The notes beneath the pieces are model-generated. The model did not search any database, was not told the origin of the DNA, and saw nothing but the letters and a program-made list of their open reading frames with translations. Of a stretch of 32,292 nucleotides of DNA, positions 27,156 through 32,292 are shown piece by piece; the first letter of the stretch is position 1, and each line of letters opens with the position of its first letter. The translations under genes and the position numbers were made by a program. Source of the stretch: Campylobacterota bacterium (GTDB taxonomy: Bacteria > Campylobacterota > Campylobacteria > Campylobacterales > Sulfurimonadaceae); NCBI GenBank assembly GCA_034717975.1, contig JAYEMF010000114.1:1-32292 (forward strand), read 5' to 3'.

Positions 27156-28120
27156 GATATACCTGCCTCTACAAGCGTATGCAGATGCAGTACGCCCTTG
27201 ATTTTTTTCTCTCTGTCTGTCACCGCGAGCAGCTGGATTTTCATCTGCTCGATCAGCACCAGCGCATCGCTTGCCAGCATAGTGTCATCTTCAATCGTTT
27301 TAGGGGAGTGCGTCGCGTATGCCGACACCGGAGCATCAAGTGAAAAATCTGCTTCCATCAATGCCCGACGTATATCACCATCACTGACCAAAGCTACCAG
27401 CTTCTCTTCCTTGTCAACCACCAATACCGTACCCAAACGCCCTTCGCCAATAGCCACAATCGCCTCTTTGACCGGTGTATTTTCAGTGACGACAGGCAGA
27501 TCATCGCGACGCATCAGATCTTTTACCTTGACAAAAAGGCGTTTGCCCAGCGAGCCTCCCGGATGAAATGATGCAAAATCCTCTTTCTGGAAATCACGGG
27601 CTTTCATGAGGCAGACTGCCAGGGCATCGCCAAGTGCCAGGGTCAATGTCGTCGAACTGGTCGGGGCGATATCTAGCGGGCACGCCTCTTTCTCCACGCG
27701 GATCGGCAGCACCAGGTCACTGAATTTCCCCAACGTCGAGCGGTTATTTCGTGTCATACCGATCAAAGGAATATCAAACCGTTTGATGTGCGGCAGAATG
27801 GAGCTGAGTTCTTCGCTCTCACCGCTGTAACTGATCGCCAGAACGACATCGTTTTCACCGATCATACCAAGATCACCATGCAGCGCTTCTGTCGGGTGAA
27901 GAAAGAAACTGGGTGTGCCCGTCGATGCAAATGTTGCCGCCATCTTGGCGCCGATAAGCCCGGACTTTCCCACACCGGTAATAATCAACTTGCCATCACA
28001 CTTAAGGATCATCGCGACAGCAGCATCAATTTCACCACCCAGTTCACGGGCAGCATCAAACAGTGTTTTGGCTTCGATCTCGAGCGTCTCTTTGGCTATT
28101 TCGGTATAGTTGTTTTCCAT
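27152..28120 (-). CDS. kdsD: KpsF/GutQ family arabinose-5-phosphate isomerase (SIS plus CBS pair)
   Basis: GVGKSG, HPTEALHGDLG, EACPLDIAPTSST, FHPGGSLG and DGDIRR. Confidence 0.93.
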   Translation of the reverse strand: MENNYTEIAKETLEIEAKTLFDAARELGGEIDAAVAMILKCDGKLIITGVGKSGLIGAKMAATFASTGTPSFFLHPTEALHGDLGMIGENDVVLAISYSGESEELSSILPHIKRFDIPLIGMTRNNRSTLGKFSDLVLPIRVEKEACPLDIAPTSSTTLTLALGDALAVCLMKARDFQKEDFASFHPGGSLGKRLFVKVKDLMRRDDLPVVTENTPVKEAIVAIGEGRLGTVLVVDKEEKLVALVSDGDIRRALMEADFSLDAPVSAYATHSPKTIEDDTMLASDALVLIEQMKIQLLAVTDREKKIKGVLHLHTLVEAGIS

Positions 28121-28243
28121 GACTGTGATTATAGCCTAGAGTTGCTTCGTCAATACTCCCTCTTCCTTACTGCGGAATACCAATCTTTTGGTGCCCTTTA
28201 TTGATTGCGGTATAATTTTCATAAATTGACACAGGAGAGAGAT

Positions 28244-28687
28244 ATGCGTAGATCGATTGCAGTAGCACTGAGCCTTTTACTATTGGGCGGAACAGCGTTT
28301 GCCAAACAAGACAGAGAGAACGGCAAAGGGAAAAGTAAAAAAGAGAAACAGCATAAAAAAGAGAAAGGGAAGCAGCAGAAAGGAAAAGCTTCTAAAGATT
28401 TTTCCCAGGCAGAAAAACGTACAGTGCAACACTACTATCGTCATCTTCCGCCGGGTCTGGCTAAAAAATACAAGCGTACCGGAACACTCCCTCCGGCATG
28501 GGAAAAGAATGTCAACATCGGTCATAAGCTCCCTGAGAGCTACAAAAAAGAGTTGCAACCTGTACCTACAGAGCTGAAAGAGACCCTTGAGGTGGGACCG
28601 ATCGGTTCAGAAGTGATGCGTATGGGCAACAAGATCATCCGTCTCGAACAGGCAACCAACATGATTCTGGATGTCTTTGAACTGTAG
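28244..28687 (+). CDS. Secreted hypothetical protein with a PPGLAKK motif (RcnB-like superfamily, tentative)
   Basis: AGGAG RBS before ATG 28244; TATAAT at 28211-28216; signal peptide, Lys-rich linker, LPPGLAKK...LPP. Confidence 0.65.
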   Translation: MRRSIAVALSLLLLGGTAFAKQDRENGKGKSKKEKQHKKEKGKQQKGKASKDFSQAEKRTVQHYYRHLPPGLAKKYKRTGTLPPAWEKNVNIGHKLPESYKKELQPVPTELKETLEVGPIGSEVMRMGNKIIRLEQATNMILDVFEL

Positions 28688-28701
28688 GAGCACCTGAACC
28701 T

Positions 28702-30093
28702 ATGCAAAATCTTTTTGAAGAGGCCGGTTCGCTCGATCAGCGCTGTTATGAGGAGTTTGGTCTAACTGAAGATCTCCTCATGGAGCACGCGGCGGATGGG
28801 ATGGCTGACTATATCCGCCAGAACTTCCCTCTGGATTCATCAATCACCATTGTTTGTGGTCCGGGCAATAACGGAGCAGATGGGATTGCAGTCGGTCGGC
28901 TTCTGCACCATGACTACAGAATCAGACTGCTACTGCCTCATGGCGCTGCATCACCGATGTGTCAGTTACAGCTTAAACGTGCAGAACTGATTGGCTTGAA
29001 GCCGACAACAGCTTTAGAAGAGTGCACCATTATTGTTGATGCCCTTTTTGGTACCGGTTTTTCACGGACGTTCGACACCGACACTCAACTTTTACTCGAG
29101 CAGACAAACCGTTCCAAGGCATTCAGGATTGCCTGTGATGTCCCTTCCGGAGTCCATCCTGATGGCACGTTGGAGCCGACAACCTTCAAGGCAGATGTCA
29201 CGCTCACAATGGGCGCCCTGAAGCGTTCACTCTATAGTGATGCCGCCAAAACTGTTGTCGGGAAAGTTGATGTCCTCGATCTCGGTGTCTCCCGCAGCCT
29301 CTATGAACGACCAAGCAGTTGGCAACTTCTGGATCAAGAGGACCTGAAGCTGCCACTGCGAAAAAAGAGCAACTCCCATAAAGGGAGCTATGGCCATCTC
29401 AGTCTGATCTGCGGTGAGAAAGAGGGAGCGGCAGTGATCGCCGGCAGTGCCGCTTTACGCTTTGGAGCAGGCCTCGTCACCCTGATCAGTAACGAACAGG
29501 TGCATCTTCCTTGTGAGCTGATGCAGTCACATCTGCTGCCCGAAACCACTACAGCCATTGCAGCGGGTATGGGCCTGGGGCAGGAGTTCTCCGAAAATGA
29601 ACTTCGATCACTCCTTGACAATGACCTGCCAATGGTAATCGATGCCGATCTCTTCAGTCATACTATGCTCACTGAGTTGCTGACACGCAAACAGACCGTA
29701 CTTACCCCTCACCCCAAAGAGTTTACCCGGCTGCTGAGCAGTTGTGCTCTTGCCAGCATTGGCGTTGACGAACTTCAGAAAAACCGTTTTCACTATGTCG
29801 AACTCTTTAGCCAAGCCTATCCCGACACTCTCCTGCTGCTTAAAGGTGCCAACGTCATTATCGCCGGGGAGGGGAAATTTTTCATCAATCCGCACGGCAG
29901 TAATCTCCTGGCAAAAGGGGGCAGCGGCGATGTGCTTGACGGCCTTATCGGTGCCCTTCTGGCACAGGGCTATTCGCCGCTTGAAGCCGCTATTAGCGGT
30001 TCATTGGCACACACTTCGGCTGCGGCACTGTTTGAGCATAATAATTACGCTATGACGCCACTGGACCTGATCGATGGCTTGAAGTCGCTATGA
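28702..30093 (+). CDS. nnr: Bifunctional NAD(P)H-hydrate epimerase/dehydratase (YjeF/Nnr)
   Basis: LMEHAA, GPGNNGADG, DALFGTG, HKGSYG, DAD, LTPHPKEF and GGSGDVL. Confidence 0.93.
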   Translation: MQNLFEEAGSLDQRCYEEFGLTEDLLMEHAADGMADYIRQNFPLDSSITIVCGPGNNGADGIAVGRLLHHDYRIRLLLPHGAASPMCQLQLKRAELIGLKPTTALEECTIIVDALFGTGFSRTFDTDTQLLLEQTNRSKAFRIACDVPSGVHPDGTLEPTTFKADVTLTMGALKRSLYSDAAKTVVGKVDVLDLGVSRSLYERPSSWQLLDQEDLKLPLRKKSNSHKGSYGHLSLICGEKEGAAVIAGSAALRFGAGLVTLISNEQVHLPCELMQSHLLPETTTAIAAGMGLGQEFSENELRSLLDNDLPMVIDADLFSHTMLTELLTRKQTVLTPHPKEFTRLLSSCALASIGVDELQKNRFHYVELFSQAYPDTLLLLKGANVIIAGEGKFFINPHGSNLLAKGGSGDVLDGLIGALLAQGYSPLEAAISGSLAHTSAAALFEHNNYAMTPLDLIDGLKSL

Positions 30094-30653
30094 AGAAGAT
30101 CGTTATCCTTTTCAGCGGTGAGGGGAGCAATCTTCTCAACCTCATCCAAACCATGCATCAGAAAGAGTGCTTTATCACTGCAGCGATCACTAACCGTCCC
30201 AAGGCCGGCGGTATCGAAAGAGCAAGGGCACACAACATTCCTGTCGAGGTGATCGACCATACCCTTTATGAAAGTCGGGAAGCCTTTGACACCGAACTGA
30301 TTAAAACTATCAACAGCTATGAACCAGAGCTTGTCGTCATGGCCGGCTTCATGCGAATCCTCTCACCCGTTTTCTTCAGAGCCAACTACAAAGCGATCAA
30401 TATACATCCCTCGCTGCTTCCTCTTTTTAAGGGTACCAGAGCCATTGAGAAAAGTTTTGAAAGCTCAGAATCCTATGGTGGAATTTCAGTCCATTGGGTA
30501 ACCGAAGAGCTTGACAGCGGGCAAGTTATCGCACAGGACTCGTTTGCAAAAAACAATGATGAGACACTGGAAAGCTTTACGGCAAAAATACGCTCACTTG
30601 AACACTCCCTGCTTCCCGCAACCATTATTAAATTGCTTAAAAAGAACAAATAA
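30090..30653 (+). CDS. purN: Phosphoribosylglycinamide formyltransferase
   Basis: SGEGSN, MAGFMRIL, INIHPSLLP, VHWVTEELDSG and LEH. Confidence 0.96.
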   Translation: MKKIVILFSGEGSNLLNLIQTMHQKECFITAAITNRPKAGGIERARAHNIPVEVIDHTLYESREAFDTELIKTINSYEPELVVMAGFMRILSPVFFRANYKAINIHPSLLPLFKGTRAIEKSFESSESYGGISVHWVTEELDSGQVIAQDSFAKNNDETLESFTAKIRSLEHSLLPATIIKLLKKNK

Positions 30654-30799
30654 GTATCGTAACAGAATCGTTATGCTATAAATCCTCACAAAAATAGACT
30701 CTGCCTCATAAGAGGCTAGCTTTAGTGCCACAGCGGCCAGCGTAGCTACTTGGACTTTGTTCAAGTAGCGTGTTTAATCAGATAAAAGGAGATTTTTTT

Positions 30800-31579
30800 A
30801 TGGACAATATCCTGAAAATCGGAAAATATGAACTTGGAAGCCGTCTCATCGTAGGCAGCGGCAAATATAAAGATTTTGAAACGACTAAAGAGGCGACGTT
30901 GGCCTCAGGATCAGAACTGATCACCGTAGCGGTGCGCCGTCTGAACATTACCGATCCGGACAAAGAGAATCTGCGTGATACCTTTGCCGGCACCAATGTT
31001 AAATTCCTGCCAAACTCTGCAGGGTGTGTGACAGCTGAAGAAGCGATCACTACCTTCCGTCTAACACGTGAAGCAACCGGCATCGACCTGATCAAACTCG
31101 AAGTGATCGGCGATACGCAGAAAACACTCTACCCGGATGTCCTTGAGACGATCAAAGCGTGTGAAGTCCTTGCCAAAGACGGCTTTACCATTATGGCTTA
31201 CACCTCTGATGATCCGATCATGGCCAAACGTCTTGAAGGTGCGGGTGCACATGCGATCATGCCTCTTGCCGCACCGATCGGTTCGGGTCTTGGTATCCAG
31301 AACCCGTACAACATCGTCTTTATCCGCGATGCCGTTAACGTTCCTGTTATTGTTGATGCAGGGATCGGCTGTGCATCTGATGCAGCATACGCGATGGAAC
31401 TGGGTGCAGAAGGTATTCTGACCAACACGGCTATCGCTCAGGCTCAAGATCCTATGGTCATGGCACAGGCTATGAAACATGCTGTACAGGCAGGTCGTAT
31501 GAGCTACCTTGCCGGGCGTATTCCAAAACGCCCTTATGCAACAGCCAGTTCACCTGTCGATGGGATGATTCAGTTCTAA
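30800..31579 (+). CDS. thiG: Thiazole synthase
   Basis: [40 protein letters not shown] and DAGIG; AAGGAG RBS before ATG 30800. Confidence 0.97.
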   Translation: MDNILKIGKYELGSRLIVGSGKYKDFETTKEATLASGSELITVAVRRLNITDPDKENLRDTFAGTNVKFLPNSAGCVTAEEAITTFRLTREATGIDLIKLEVIGDTQKTLYPDVLETIKACEVLAKDGFTIMAYTSDDPIMAKRLEGAGAHAIMPLAAPIGSGLGIQNPYNIVFIRDAVNVPVIVDAGIGCASDAAYAMELGAEGILTNTAIAQAQDPMVMAQAMKHAVQAGRMSYLAGRIPKRPYATASSPVDGMIQF

Positions 31580-31602
31580 AAAGAGATTTTAACTCTTTTT
31601 AG
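31576..31602. terminator. Probable bidirectional terminator between convergent genes
   Basis: CTAAAAAGAG (31576-31585) pairs with CTCTTTTTAG (31593-31602), spanning both stop codons. Confidence 0.55.
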
Positions 31603-31883
31603 ATCACTGTAATATCTTTATCAGAAAACTGGCTCATCAAGAGCAGTTTTCCCATCCCCTCGAAAAAACTCTGAATTCCCATGTTACCTGACTCCATCGC
31701 TTTTTTCAGTGCCGTGATGAAAACCAGCTGTGCCTCTTCGGAAGCCTGCATAAACGTTTCGATAATCTGTTGTAATGAAAGGGTATGAATAGTCTCATTG
31801 ATGGTAAATTCTATAGTTGAAGCAGGATTGATTCCCTGCTCGATTAGAAGTGATTTACACTCATCGATCAACGCCCGGCTCAT
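31599..31883 (-). CDS. Hypothetical protein (94 aa)
   Basis: ATGA overlap with the upstream transporter stop; no recognised motif. Confidence 0.7.
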   Translation of the reverse strand: MSRALIDECKSLLIEQGINPASTIEFTINETIHTLSLQQIIETFMQASEEAQLVFITALKKAMESGNMGIQSFFEGMGKLLLMSQFSDKDITVI

Positions 31884-32292
31884 AGTTCAAGGGCTCCCAT
31901 CAGGTGCAGCATTACGACGAACAGAGCGATCGGGGCAATATAGCGGAGGCTGAAATACCAAACATCAAAGAGAATACCGAAGTGCGGTTTTAGAATGGAT
32001 TCCAGGCGCTCCTTCTCAATTGTATAACCGACGAACAGAGACATTACCAGGCCACCAAGCGGCAACATGACAGAAGCTGTGAAGAAATCAACCCAGTCAA
32101 AGAAATTTTTCGATCCGAAGGTCAGCGCATCGCCATATGCCGAAGTATTTGAAAGCAGTGCAATGATCCCCACAAGATAGAAGAAAAGGCCCATAGCAAC
32201 GGAAGCTCTGAAACGGTTCATATCAAAACGGTCAATGAGATACTGCACCATCGGTTCAACCAGTGATACCGCCGATGTCAATCCGGCAAAAG
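31880..32292 (-). CDS. Sodium-dependent transporter (NSS/SNF family), C-terminal part; runs off the window end
   Basis: Frame is open to the edge and reads FAGLTSAVSLVEP, then FFDWVDF...MLPLGGL and W...LRYIAP. Confidence 0.88.
   Translation of the reverse strand, partial: FAGLTSAVSLVEPMVQYLIDRFDMNRFRASVAMGLFFYLVGIIALLSNTSAYGDALTFGSKNFFDWVDFFTASVMLPLGGLVMSLFVGYTIEKERLESILKPHFGILFDVWYFSLRYIAPIALFVVMLHLMGALEL

Noticed and set aside
30690..30799. Canonical TPP riboswitch call
   Set aside because: The CUGAGA and the GAACCUGAU-like core are absent; kept only as an unexplained leader
41..31480. Numerous short antisense or alternate-frame ORFs in the track (e.g. 1933..2301, 3336..3674, 9590..10009, 11467..11940, 27126..27566, 31061..31480)
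   Set aside because: They are shadows of well-supported genes, with no RBS or motif support
1..32292. Prophage, IS element or defence island
   Set aside because: No integrase, transposase, phage structural or recognised defence genes were seen; gene content is largely housekeeping

Overview
A mostly core-genome window from a Campylobacterota chromosome. The taxon is inferred from the secG-frr-pyrE, pyrG-recJ and kdsD-rluB-rarA gene order, the TATAAT-dominated promoters and the sulfur genes, which suggest a Sulfurimonas/Sulfuricurvum-like organism. Housekeeping content: YccA, a ThiD2-like domain, bioC-like, znuACB-like, secG, a deacetylase, frr, pyrE, a Kef antiporter, pyrG, recJ, rarA, rluB, kdsD, nnr, purN, thiG and a partial NSS transporter. 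An ~8.3 kb sulfur-respiration block (14.6-22.8 kb) encodes a Tat-exported SQR-type flavoprotein, a lipoprotein monoheme cytochrome c, a cytochrome b-diheme cytochrome c fusion, PsrABC/PhsABC, and a cytochrome-c-like secreted protein with no CXXCH and a C-terminal Cys. The least explained signals are non-coding. (1) The first 36 bp of the znuB-like gene occur three times, separated by two identical 71-bp spacers. (2) Each spacer carries a ~49-bp palindromic element that recurs, diverged with a compensatory base pair, at 8216-8264. (3) Two operon-internal gaps share the layout stop / purine tract / pyrimidine tract / RBS-containing hairpin / ATG. I saw no tRNA, rRNA, CRISPR array, transposase or integrase. 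All calls come from motif recognition by eye; no database search was run.
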